From the IMG/VR virus record IMGVR_UViG_3300008116_000125, positions 7,713-71,712 of that record: a stretch of DNA of 64,000 nt; one strand, written 5' to 3'. Source of the stretch: a virus. A model generated the notes under the pieces. It did no database searches and was not told the origin of the DNA. It saw only the letters and a program-made list of their open reading frames with translations. Made by a program: the position numbers and the translations under genes. Positions 14,477 through 24,200 of the stretch are shown in pieces; the stretch's first letter is position 1; each line of letters starts with the position of its first letter.

Positions 14477-15248
14477 CTAGCCTGGTAATATCTGTGGCTA
14501 CGGTAATTAAATGCGTGTTTTCTATTGTACTCATTATAACGCCTCTTTCAATATCAGAGCCAAGCTCACTTCTTGGCTTTTGTTTAAAAACTTTATTGCT
14601 GTATGCTATGGGTGTTAGACTAAATTTAGAAGTAAAAATTCGTTGAAGGTTAATAAAATTATTTTTTACATTAATATTATTTGAAAGGCAGTATCTATTA
14701 TAGTCAACATTAAATAGTGAAGGAAAAAACTCATCAACGGGAATTAAATTATTTTTATAGTTAGATAGTTCAATTATTTTTTTAGCTGTTGAAGGAGAGA
14801 TAGCGTACGCGCTATTCCAGTAAGGGTAGTAAGGCTTAAAGAACCTATCGTTAACGTGCTTTATTTCATCTGGCACCATCTCTCTATGATCTAGATAGAC
14901 GACATCATATGTGTTAAGAAGATCCTCAACTTCTGCTAGATCAAGATTATCAATTCTTTCAGCATCATCTTCTAGTATGAGAACCGGACAATCAAGTTCT
15001 ATACATTTCTCCCAAGCTTTATAGTGAGAGATCATTGCAGCGAGATCTGTGTTGGTGTGATTGCGTCCTAGCATAGGATCTATCCACTGACTGAACGGAG
15101 TAAAGCCTCTCTGTTTAAAGTCGTTCAAAGAAAGGGTATACCCGTTAAGAGCATCAATTCTCTCCCATTCGTATCCGGAGAGTTGCTGCTGCATAAAAGA
15201 TAATCTATCTTGTCTAGTCGCTAGATTGATTACTAATATTTTCATCAT
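14457..15248 (-). CDS. Glycosyltransferase family 25, COLGALT-type; C-terminus carries the start of a PLOD GT domain
   Basis: VINLATRQDR, WIDPMLGRNHT, SHYKAW, LILEDDA, YWNSAYAIS, LIPVDEF; ends in HLITVATD, which resembles PLOD LVITVAT. Confidence 0.85.
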   Translation of the reverse strand: MMKILVINLATRQDRLSFMQQQLSGYEWERIDALNGYTLSLNDFKQRGFTPFSQWIDPMLGRNHTNTDLAAMISHYKAWEKCIELDCPVLILEDDAERIDNLDLAEVEDLLNTYDVVYLDHREMVPDEIKHVNDRFFKPYYPYWNSAYAISPSTAKKIIELSNYKNNLIPVDEFFPSLFNVDYNRYCLSNNINVKNNFINLQRIFTSKFSLTPIAYSNKVFKQKPRSELGSDIERGVIMSTIENTHLITVATDITRLDETEPG

Positions 15249-15426
15249 ATTTCACTTTTTCCTTTTTAGAAGACTGTAGGGTTTGAGCTTCTAATTGGGA
15301 GGAAAGATCACTAACTTTTTTTTCTAAGATAGTGATCTTTGCCTCTGATAATAAATTTTTAGAAACCAGCTCTTCAATAAGTTTTCTCTGCTTGTCAATA
15401 AATGCATTAATAAAATCAGTATCCAT
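15214..15426 (-). CDS. Small coiled-coil hypothetical protein
   Basis: Heptad pattern, AAGGA RBS, fits the operon. Confidence 0.65.
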   Translation of the reverse strand: MDTDFINAFIDKQRKLIEELVSKNLLSEAKITILEKKVSDLSSQLEAQTLQSSKKEKVKYDENISNQSSD

Positions 15427-15453
15427 AACGATCCTTAAAACTCAATTATAATA

Positions 15454-17466
15454 TCAGAATGTTCCTCCATCAAGCATTGCAAATGTAGGAATGCCTGATG
15501 CATCAATTTGAAGAACATGTCCCTGTGTTGAGCTGGATACTGTTTTTAGAGCACCTGCTGTATTTCCTAATAGGACAGCGTTATTTGTAAAAGATGTAGC
15601 GCCAGTACCACCATTGGGAACGGTTAGTGCAGAGCTTAAGGTTAGAGAGTTTGCTGTTATTGAAACTGCAACTGTTGAGTTAGCAGTTATCTGAAGAGCT
15701 GAGCTGTTAGATACTAATGCACCAGATTTAAGATATGCATTTAATGTTGCAACAGTATACGTATTATTAGCTGTATCAACTGTTGTTGTTGGAGATGGTA
15801 CTAGATTAGTAAATAACTTAAACTCACCATCGGATGCATCACGGAATAAACCGGCGTGCTCATGGGCTCCACCGCCGGTATTAAACGATCCAAAGAAACC
15901 TATATCTAAAGAATCATCAACAGTATTGTTAGACGCCAGTTGAATTAATGGGTCAACAATAGACAGGGTAGAAACGTTAATAGTAACTAATGAGCCTGTA
16001 ACGGTAAGGTTTCCAGAAACGGTTACATCATTCTGGAACGTACCATACATACCTATAATGTTATTACCGTATACGTTAGCCCATTGTAATGTATCACTAC
16101 CTAAATTGAAAGTAGTATTTGAGGCGGGCTCGATATGGGTATTAACTCTACCAAAATATGATATCTTGTCTGAGCTATTATTACCTAATCTTACATCACC
16201 ATCTACATACAGATCTCCAGCTATAGATGTGTTGCCTGTTGATACAATGTTTGCAGCAACTACTGTGTTTGTTGTAACACTTTGAGTAGTAATAGTAGTA
16301 TTTTGTGATGTGTTTCCTACTCTTACTGCAGTTGTATTAATAAGTAGGTCAGATCCGACATGGATATGAGAGGCAACGTTTGCTGAACCCGAGATATTTA
16401 CGTTACCAGTAGCGTTTATTCCTACCCCAGTTATTACTGTATTATTAGTTGCATCACCAACATGTAAGCGCGTACCATTTAGGTTTACATTTGAAGAGTA
16501 AAATTGTGCGTTAACTGTGGAGTTACCAATTGTAATACCAGCAGTATTAACAACTAGATTTGCACCAACTGCAATTTCTTGCGATACGTTAGCCCATCCG
16601 ACAATTGTTGTGTTACCGAGTCTAGCCGTACCTTCAACGTTTAAAATACCATCTGTGTCGATACTAACGGCATTAATTGTTGTGTTAACTGTGCTGTTAC
16701 CAACGGAGATATGAGTTGTGTTAACGCTTAAGTTGGAACCTAAAATCAGCTCACCAGTAATAGTGGCTGATCCATTAATCGTTGTATTCCCGGCGGAGAA
16801 TATACCGTCAATTGCTACTGCAGTAGAGTTAATAAATGTATTAACCGTGCTATTGCCAACATGGAATGAGGATCCATTTATTGCGACAGTGCCTACTGCA
16901 ATAGATGAAGTTATTGTTACTGCGTCAGGCAATCCAACTGTGATGTCCTGTCCGTCAAAGGTAACTTCTACTTCGTTAGAAGTGCCAGATATAGAGTGAT
17001 TTTCCCACTGTCCGCTAATTGCATCATAAACAACGATCTGATTATTACTTACGGAAGTCAGTGTTACGTCTGAAAGGCCGCCTAAAGTAGAGGAACCGGC
17101 TTGTGTATCAATGTAGTTTTTAACGGCCCAGGCAGTTGCTAGAGTGTTGTTAGATACAGAAGCTAGTGCCCCATCGGTTACTATAGAGGTAACGTTTGTT
17201 GTAGTTCCTGACGGACCGAGAATTAATTTCGCTGTCTGAACATTATCAATCCAGGCTGAACTGTTGGCTACTAATGCTTGATTAGCTGTTAATACACCGG
17301 GGTTTCGCTCTCCCGCAATCGCTATTACGTTAGCAGTATTTGAGCCTTCAGGGCTACCGATAAACAGAACCTGTCCGTTACTGGTATACGCTAATTCTCC
17401 AGGTTGTAGGTTTGCAGGTACCGATGTTGTGGTACTGCGTTTAATTTGGAGTATGGTCTCTGACAT
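15454..17466 (-). CDS. Tail fibre / fibre-adaptor protein
   Basis: LQIKRST...LQPGELAY N-terminal motif; repeated (V/I)GNSTVNT units; PASNTTFNLGS motif; C-terminal LDGGTF. Confidence 0.75.
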   Translation of the reverse strand: MSETILQIKRSTTTSVPANLQPGELAYTSNGQVLFIGSPEGSNTANVIAIAGERNPGVLTANQALVANSSAWIDNVQTAKLILGPSGTTTNVTSIVTDGALASVSNNTLATAWAVKNYIDTQAGSSTLGGLSDVTLTSVSNNQIVVYDAISGQWENHSISGTSNEVEVTFDGQDITVGLPDAVTITSSIAVGTVAINGSSFHVGNSTVNTFINSTAVAIDGIFSAGNTTINGSATITGELILGSNLSVNTTHISVGNSTVNTTINAVSIDTDGILNVEGTARLGNTTIVGWANVSQEIAVGANLVVNTAGITIGNSTVNAQFYSSNVNLNGTRLHVGDATNNTVITGVGINATGNVNISGSANVASHIHVGSDLLINTTAVRVGNTSQNTTITTQSVTTNTVVAANIVSTGNTSIAGDLYVDGDVRLGNNSSDKISYFGRVNTHIEPASNTTFNLGSDTLQWANVYGNNIIGMYGTFQNDVTVSGNLTVTGSLVTINVSTLSIVDPLIQLASNNTVDDSLDIGFFGSFNTGGGAHEHAGLFRDASDGEFKLFTNLVPSPTTTVDTANNTYTVATLNAYLKSGALVSNSSALQITANSTVAVSITANSLTLSSALTVPNGGTGATSFTNNAVLLGNTAGALKTVSSSTQGHVLQIDASGIPTFAMLDGGTF

Positions 17467-17730
17467 TTAAAAGGTTCCCCCGTCCAAGGACGTTAAGTCT
17501 AGATCTGCTGTTGTTAGTTTTTTTACAATATATTTATCAACTGTAGCATCGTAAACTAGCGTCTGTCCTGTTTCCGGAGTAGACTCTACAACATCTGTCA
17601 ATTCATTAATAGTACTAATAGTTTTAAACTGCGATTTTAATGTAACCGGCTGGGTGGGTGTAGTAGTTATTCTTGTATTAGCAAGATTTAACTTAACATT
17701 TAACGAAATAGCTGACTGATTAATTGCCAT
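17467..17730 (-). CDS. Small virion/fibre-associated protein
   Basis: INELTDV...GQTLVYDA...LDGGTF motifs shared with the downstream fibre. Confidence 0.6.
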   Translation of the reverse strand: MAINQSAISLNVKLNLANTRITTTPTQPVTLKSQFKTISTINELTDVVESTPETGQTLVYDATVDKYIVKKLTTADLDLTSLDGGTF

Positions 17731-17731
17731 A

Positions 17732-18055
17732 TTACCTCGTTACCTGCGGAGTTACTGTAATAATACCTTCTAATAATCTTGTTATTAGCCCGTTTGTATC
17801 CGTAAGCTCTACATCGTACACGTATCTACCTGGTGTAAGTGTATCCGTGGTGTTTGCAGCAAGAGCTAAATTAAGCTCCCCAAGAGCCAAATTAGCAGTA
17901 AACGCTACGTAGTTACTGGATGTATAGTGCTTTCTCATTTGCCCGGCAACAGTATAACCTGTAAGATCGATAGGGTTTCCATCGTCATCATTCAGGTTAA
18001 TAGTAGTTTCAAATGTAGTACCTTGATCTATAAGAAAGTTTACTTTAGTAGCCAT
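17732..18055 (-). CDS. Conserved small virion structural protein (BppU-N-like Ig fold)
   Basis: IDQGTTF...DLTGYTVAGQMRKHY...GRYVYDVEL...RLLEGIITVTPQVTR, a pattern common in aquatic T4-like phages. Confidence 0.75.
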   Translation of the reverse strand: MATKVNFLIDQGTTFETTINLNDDDGNPIDLTGYTVAGQMRKHYTSSNYVAFTANLALGELNLALAANTTDTLTPGRYVYDVELTDTNGLITRLLEGIITVTPQVTR

Positions 18056-18079
18056 AGCAGTTTAAATATTGGATATCTC

Positions 18080-18087
18080 TATTTATA
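18080..18087 (-). promoter_or_regulatory. T4-type late promoter TATAAATA
   Basis: Exact consensus in the intergenic gap upstream of 18055; would drive the fibre and PLOD/GT25 genes. Confidence 0.75.
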
Positions 18088-18099
18088 TTATTTAAAATA

Positions 18100-18666
18100 C
18101 TATCTCCACTTAGGACCTTCAATCCATCCAACTAATGAATGTCGTGTACCTCTGGTTACTTCTGTTACTCTATGCTGAAAGAGTGACGGAAAAACTAAAA
18201 TAGAACCTTTTGGCAAGAAATCTTTAGGATCTAATTGAAGGGGAACATTTCCTCCAAATTCGAATCTGCCCCCGTCATACTCACTCGGATCTGAAAGTTG
18301 TAGAACAAATGTAAGTTTTCTGTCAGATTTATTATTACCTTTAAACATTACATCTTGATGAAGGTCGTATTTACCCTTCTCATTTGCATTATATGTTGAG
18401 AATTGAATTTCAAATATGCCGTGAGATATATCAAATCCAAAAAACTCTCTATTAGCACTAGATGCGTATATAGAAATTAATTTTGTAATATCATCATCTT
18501 TTTGATAATCAAACCAGGCAACCTGTGTAGATCTAAAATTAAGATCTACACTCTGTTCTATACCCATGTTGCCTGCTTGAGTTTTTAAGCGTAATCCTCT
18601 TTCTTTAATTCTATCACAGGACAGCTCATCAATAACTCCTGTCCAGTTAGCCCAATAGCTATTCAT
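18100..18666 (-). CDS. 2OG-Fe(II) oxygenase (prolyl-hydroxylase/PKHD-like)
   Basis: YDLHQD (HxD), RKLTFVLQLSDPSEYDGG, VFPSLFQHRVTEVTRGTRHSLVGW. Confidence 0.9.
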   Translation of the reverse strand: MNSYWANWTGVIDELSCDRIKERGLRLKTQAGNMGIEQSVDLNFRSTQVAWFDYQKDDDITKLISIYASSANREFFGFDISHGIFEIQFSTYNANEKGKYDLHQDVMFKGNNKSDRKLTFVLQLSDPSEYDGGRFEFGGNVPLQLDPKDFLPKGSILVFPSLFQHRVTEVTRGTRHSLVGWIEGPKWR

Positions 18667-18680
18667 AATAAATCATCCTA

Positions 18681-20162
18681 TCATTTATTTTCTAATTTAT
18701 TCAACCTATCGTTAATCTCTTTTATTGCTTGAACGAGTAGAGGTACCAATCTTTCGTACTGAATCGTTAAGAAATTCTCACCTGATTTGCTTATTCCGTG
18801 CTCATCACAATCGAATGGGGCAATCTTAACTGCTTCAGGACAGATCTTCTGTACTTCCTGTGCAATCAACCCAAGCTGTCTTCTATAATCATTATAACCA
18901 AATTTTTCAGCAAGTTCATTTTGTGAATAATAAACTCCGGTGACCATTAAGAGCTTGTTCGTTGCGTCTTTAATCTCCTCAATATTCGTTTTTAATCTTA
19001 AGTCGGGTCCTGGAGGGCCGGATCCTCCGGACGTCCCTGCTGTTCCTGGTGGTCCTGGAGGTCCTGGTACAGTACTAGCCGCGCCTGTATCACCTTTAAC
19101 CCCATTATCACCTTTCTGACCTTTTACTGACTCTCCGACCTCGCCTTTTTGGCCTTTCTGTCCTGTACCAGTATCGCCTTTGTCTCCTTTAGCGCCAGAA
19201 CCGGTATCACCTTTGATGCCTTGGTCTCCTTTGTCACCTTTAACTGTACTTGGAGCACCTGTATCACCTTTTGATCCCGGGTCGCCTTTTTGTCCTTTCT
19301 CAACTTCACCTTTCTGACCTTTATCACCTTTAACGCCATTTACAGTAAAAGTGGTACCGTCAGAGTATTGGAATTCTAAAGAGTTATCAACTTCAGAGAA
19401 GGTAGCAGAAATAATTCTATCTCCAACCTCACCTTTTTGACCTTTATCACCTTTATCACCAGCTCTAGCAAAACTCATAAAGACAATATCATCATTACTA
19501 AAAAGAGTTCCGCCAGATATATGACTTACGTTAAACTGTCTGTATCCAGACTGAGTGACAATAGTAGAAATAGTAAATATAATTACTACATCTCTATTTG
19601 TTGAACTTCTAAAAATTAAAAATCCTTTGTTGGTGCTGTTACCATCATCAAAGGTGTCAATATAGGTAGAGATATCTGTGCCACCGTATTCTGATAAATC
19701 TATGCTAATTTGTGTTACTAGTGAAGGTGTACCGTTATTAAATCTTACCTTGCCTGCACCCGGATCAATATCTGTAGAGTTTAAAGTGCTAAATTGATAA
19801 ACTAAATCAGAATAAGTTTTAAATGGAAAATAATTTGAGCCGTTTTCAGTAAATTGCCACTGATTGGTCGTTTCATTCCATCTAATGCTAACGTTAGCAT
19901 CGGTGCCTCTGTTTACTGTTAAATTAACATCGTTAGTAGCTGATCCGGTTTCTCCAGATAAAAATACAATCTCTCCTGCACCAAGCTCTACTTCTGATAA
20001 GTCATTGAATACAGTTGCGCCTTTAACTGTTAAATCACCTTCAATAACGACGTTATTACTAAATGAGGCTGCATTAACTACCGAGAGCTCCCCTCCGATA
20101 GAAGCATCTAGATTAACATCTAGTCCATACTCTACTCTAAAAACTTGGGTATTAGAAGCCAT
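18681..20162 (-). CDS. Collagen-containing tail fibre with C-terminal S74-type intramolecular chaperone
   Basis: GDKGQK and GPPGPP triplets; DLRLKTNI...GLIAQEVQ...PEAV...YERLVPLLVQAIKE chaperone domain. Confidence 0.82.
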   Translation of the reverse strand: MASNTQVFRVEYGLDVNLDASIGGELSVVNAASFSNNVVIEGDLTVKGATVFNDLSEVELGAGEIVFLSGETGSATNDVNLTVNRGTDANVSIRWNETTNQWQFTENGSNYFPFKTYSDLVYQFSTLNSTDIDPGAGKVRFNNGTPSLVTQISIDLSEYGGTDISTYIDTFDDGNSTNKGFLIFRSSTNRDVVIIFTISTIVTQSGYRQFNVSHISGGTLFSNDDIVFMSFARAGDKGDKGQKGEVGDRIISATFSEVDNSLEFQYSDGTTFTVNGVKGDKGQKGEVEKGQKGDPGSKGDTGAPSTVKGDKGDQGIKGDTGSGAKGDKGDTGTGQKGQKGEVGESVKGQKGDNGVKGDTGAASTVPGPPGPPGTAGTSGGSGPPGPDLRLKTNIEEIKDATNKLLMVTGVYYSQNELAEKFGYNDYRRQLGLIAQEVQKICPEAVKIAPFDCDEHGISKSGENFLTIQYERLVPLLVQAIKEINDRLNKLENK

Positions 20163-20174
20163 TACACACCTTTA

Positions 20175-20999
20175 TTAAATGAATGATACTCTATGAACTT
20201 TAAACAGTGCAGCTGAGGTAGCTGAATTAGCATATAATCTAACATGAGTTGCTGTAGCATTAATAGAGAAGGTTGCAAACTGTGTGTTAGAATAAATTGT
20301 ACCGTACTCGGTCATATGGGCATTACTAAACCCATACACGATAGAAAGCTCGGTCATTGCTTTATTATTTGAATTATTAACATCTGTAACGTTTACTGTA
20401 TACTTTGCTCCAACAAAATCTGCTATAGCAAAAGAATCTACTAAATTTTGAGTTGCCGTATCAGGAAATGTAAGACTAACGGATTTTGTAAATACTTGTA
20501 CTTTATTGGTAAATGTTAGAGAACTATTAGCTTCAACGTTGCCAGTTACTTTTAAATCTGTATTAACTACTAAATCGCTAGTTAATGTAATGTCGAGAGT
20601 AGCTGCATTTATAACTACATCTGAAACATTAATAATTAATCCTTGTGTGCCGGTACCTAAAGTAGTATTTGATGTTATATTAAGACTGTTTGCAACGATA
20701 TTCGCTGCATATCCAGTTAACGTAACATTTGAAGATGTGGTAGAATTAGATATACCAATAGTTAATGAGGATATATTAGCTGTATTACCGACCCCTCCTC
20801 CTTTTAGCAAATTCGTACCTAAGGTATTGGCAGTTAAAATTCCAATAACGTTACCATTACCGCTTGTATTAGCACCCCCGGTAGTATTATCACAAGTCAC
20901 AATTTCATATGTAAGAGCGTCAAGCAAGACGTTTGTCTTACCAACCCATCCAGCAAATGTATCTGTTGCAATAGCAACGTTAGCAACCGTTTTAGCCAT
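20175..20999 (-). CDS. Virion structural / fibre-associated protein
   Basis: ANVAIATDTFAGWVGKTN N-terminus and beta-rich C-terminal domain (GAKYTV...TEYGTI). Confidence 0.6.
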   Translation of the reverse strand: MAKTVANVAIATDTFAGWVGKTNVLLDALTYEIVTCDNTTGGANTSGNGNVIGILTANTLGTNLLKGGGVGNTANISSLTIGISNSTTSSNVTLTGYAANIVANSLNITSNTTLGTGTQGLIINVSDVVINAATLDITLTSDLVVNTDLKVTGNVEANSSLTFTNKVQVFTKSVSLTFPDTATQNLVDSFAIADFVGAKYTVNVTDVNNSNNKAMTELSIVYGFSNAHMTEYGTIYSNTQFATFSINATATHVRLYANSATSAALFKVHRVSFI

Positions 21000-21207
21000 T
21001 TTTTTCTTTTACCAATTGTTTAATAATTTGTTTTAATTCATCGAGCTCGTTTTTAAGATTGTTCACTTCTTTATCTTGCCTAGCGAGCTTTTTTCTCTGC
21101 TCTCTTTGTAGCTTGTACTGTTTATATGCATTAACATTAGTATTTATTAATGCAGAGTTGCTTTCGTCTCTAAAAAAATCAGGGTGTTGAGTCTTTACTA
21201 ATTTCAT
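20992..21207 (-). CDS. Small conserved coiled-coil protein downstream of the DUF4815 gene
   Basis: RDESNSALINTNVNAYKQYK followed by a coiled coil; typical position in aquatic T4-like phages. Confidence 0.7.
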   Translation of the reverse strand: MKLVKTQHPDFFRDESNSALINTNVNAYKQYKLQREQRKKLARQDKEVNNLKNELDELKQIIKQLVKEKNG

Positions 21208-24200
21208 ACGGATACGGCAATAGCTCTAACGTCATCAACGTAGGGAATAAGATGGGAGCTTGATGACTTAAGCACTATCTTAATTGCCATGAACTTATAG
21301 GTATCGTGAGGAGCTTTAGCTCCGTCAAAATATCTTACAACACCTTCATTAAACATATACTTAAATGCTTCTCTTGGATTAGTTACTTTCTCAATAGAAT
21401 ATCCAGGACCAGCACTAGCCGCAGATGTAGCAGATGCAAGTGTAATGTCAGTGTCACTGTTAATGGTAGCAATAGGAATTATCTCATAATCTGTTTCACT
21501 ATTTGAGTATACAATCTTAATAAGATCATCCTCTGCAAAATCCGTAGTAAATAATGTTCCAGAACCAATAATAGTTGTTGTTCCGTCTGTTTCAACCTTA
21601 CCAGCAATGCTAACTGTAGTAGGGGTTTTTCTAAAGGTATACTCGTACTCTCTCATATCACTCTTGTTGATAGAAGAGCTGTAGAGGGTGGAAGATGTTA
21701 CTAATTCTAGTTTTGACCAATCTTTATCGTCAAAAGACTCACTATCACTCGAGTTAAGAATTTTAGCGTAAACTTCTATATCAGTAGATACTGGTTTATA
21801 TGCTTTTAAATAAACCTTAATATCTTCTGAGTCGAGTCCTTCAGCCAGCTCTAATCTCTTAGAAACGTATTTAGTAAGTGCATTTCCGTATCTAGTATTT
21901 TCATTTGTTGAATCATTATTAATATTGTATTTCTGAATTACAATACTGATTGGATTTACATCTAAAACTGGAGTTATATCTCCATTATCTGATTCTATAT
22001 TAATTGTGGCGCTGAATGATTTTGTAGATCCTGCACCGCTAATCTCATTTGATTTACTCTTAATTAATCCTAGGTCATTCATTTCAAATAGGTTCTTACC
22101 GCCGAGGTTATATGAAGCGGTGTGAGTACCCCCAAGGTTTTTAGCTATTTCAATACTAAAGTTAGCTGTAGTGCTTGGCAACTGAAGCAGGTTTATTAGT
22201 GGTGTAAATCCAGAGGCCTGCATATTATCAATACTTGTTACTTTAGCAATCGCATCGGATCTATCCCCAATTAAATAAGCAAAGTATGTTGCAGTGTTTG
22301 TGAATATTTTAAAAGAAGAGTTAGATGCATTGCTGTTTGATAAGAACATCTTACCAGTACCAGGACTATAATAGTTAATAGTACCTCTGACAACTTTTTG
22401 CATACATGCAACAACGCTGCTGTTTGTTGTATACAGAGCAGGTCTATTTACAGTCAGTGCGGAAGAGTTGGCGCTAACTACTCTTAACACGTCGAACTTC
22501 TCATCTGTTGAGTAGTGCTGACTGTCCGTTATTGTGCTATTAAACGGTGCGTCAATAGTCATACTTGTTGCGCTTGCAATAGCTGTAACTAATCTTAGCT
22601 CATTTCCTATACGGATAAAATCACCAATCGCATAGTCAGTATCAAAAGAAGTGCTAGTAGATGTTGAATTAGTTACTGTTGTGCCGGTAGACTTAACGTT
22701 GGCAGTTTTTGCGATATTATTAGTTCCATACAACACCAATATATAATCATTAGCATTAATAGATGATGTTAAGCTGGAAGATGTATTAATAATATAGCTA
22801 TTGCTATTTGTAGTAATAGTAACATTTGTGTAGTTGTTTGCAAGCTGGGCGACATCTTCGCCATCAATAAATCCGCCGCTTACTCCACTAATAGATAAAA
22901 ATTCCATATCTCCGTTATTAAGTTTAACAGAGCCTGTCAGAGGTGAGTATTCGGCATATCTTACTAAAAACTTAAGGTCCTCGTTTTGTACGGAAGTAAA
23001 CGCACGACCGCTTGTTGAGAAGAATAGTGTTCCGAGACCCCAGGTAAAGTTAGCAAGTAAGTTGGTGTTAGTCACATCTGGAACCCCAGCAATCGCTGTC
23101 CACACTCTATAATCAGGTGTATTATTATCTGGCGTTAAAGTAATAGCGTACTCTCTACCTGTTTTTAGAGTGACAGGTGACGGGAAAGTAAACTTAGTAG
23201 CTGCAGACGCATTAGAGCTAACATTAACCTCAGCGGATGTTTTGTAGCATCTTGAGAAGGGCAACACCTGGGATGTTGGGTATCCGCCATCGTCTACCTC
23301 TCTCAGTTCAAGCGTTACTCCTCGTGTGGCGTCTTTCTGCTTAAAGAAAATATCGATAGACGTGATATTAATAAAGTCAGATCTACCAGCTTGTTTCTGA
23401 ACTAAAAATGTTTGTGCTAATGGATCTGGTTCAGGAATACGCTCAAATTCAGTCCATTCTCTACTCGTTGTTACCGCTCTTGTTGAAGTAAATGTTTGTG
23501 TATCAAAAGAAGTTTCTGCAAGATCAAAACTCTTAGTAGCAATTGTAATGTTTGTTGCTTCGCCAGAAAGAGTAAACGATGCAAATTTACCTGTTGCCTT
23601 CGAAGATGCTGATTGTTCCGAGTCTAATGTACTTACATCCATAACTAAGAACTCTTTTTCACCGGTTGTAAATGTATCCGATGGCATCCAAACCACTATG
23701 GCAAGAGTTCCTTTTTCATCAGCAAATAGACCGGGGGAAGCTCCTTTATTATAAAGAGGAGTAAAGTCATCAATAGACGCATTGCCTAGATTAGAAAGAG
23801 TCGCAGGTACAGCGTCGGACGTTAGGTCAACACCATCAAAGAATAGATAGTGCTGTGCGCCCGGTCTTAATCCTACAATATATAGACCAATTTTTTGGCC
23901 TCTCATGTATGGATTAACATGCACGCTAGTCAATAAATTATTAATCTGAGTTACAGAAGTTTGTACGGGCGGTACCGTTATTGTTCTGAACTCATCTTCG
24001 TATGTCTCAGTTATATTTTCTGTATGGTTTGTTATTAGCCAATTTCCCTGGCGTTCTTCTGCTGAAGAAACCTGAGATACAGAATTAATTAATGAGGTAG
24101 CGGTAGCTACTCTAGAGTTAATCTCGTTCTGAGCGTTTACTAATGCATTTATAGGATCTGCAATATTAATTTCAACAGAAGATGTAGCTGTTATTTCGCG

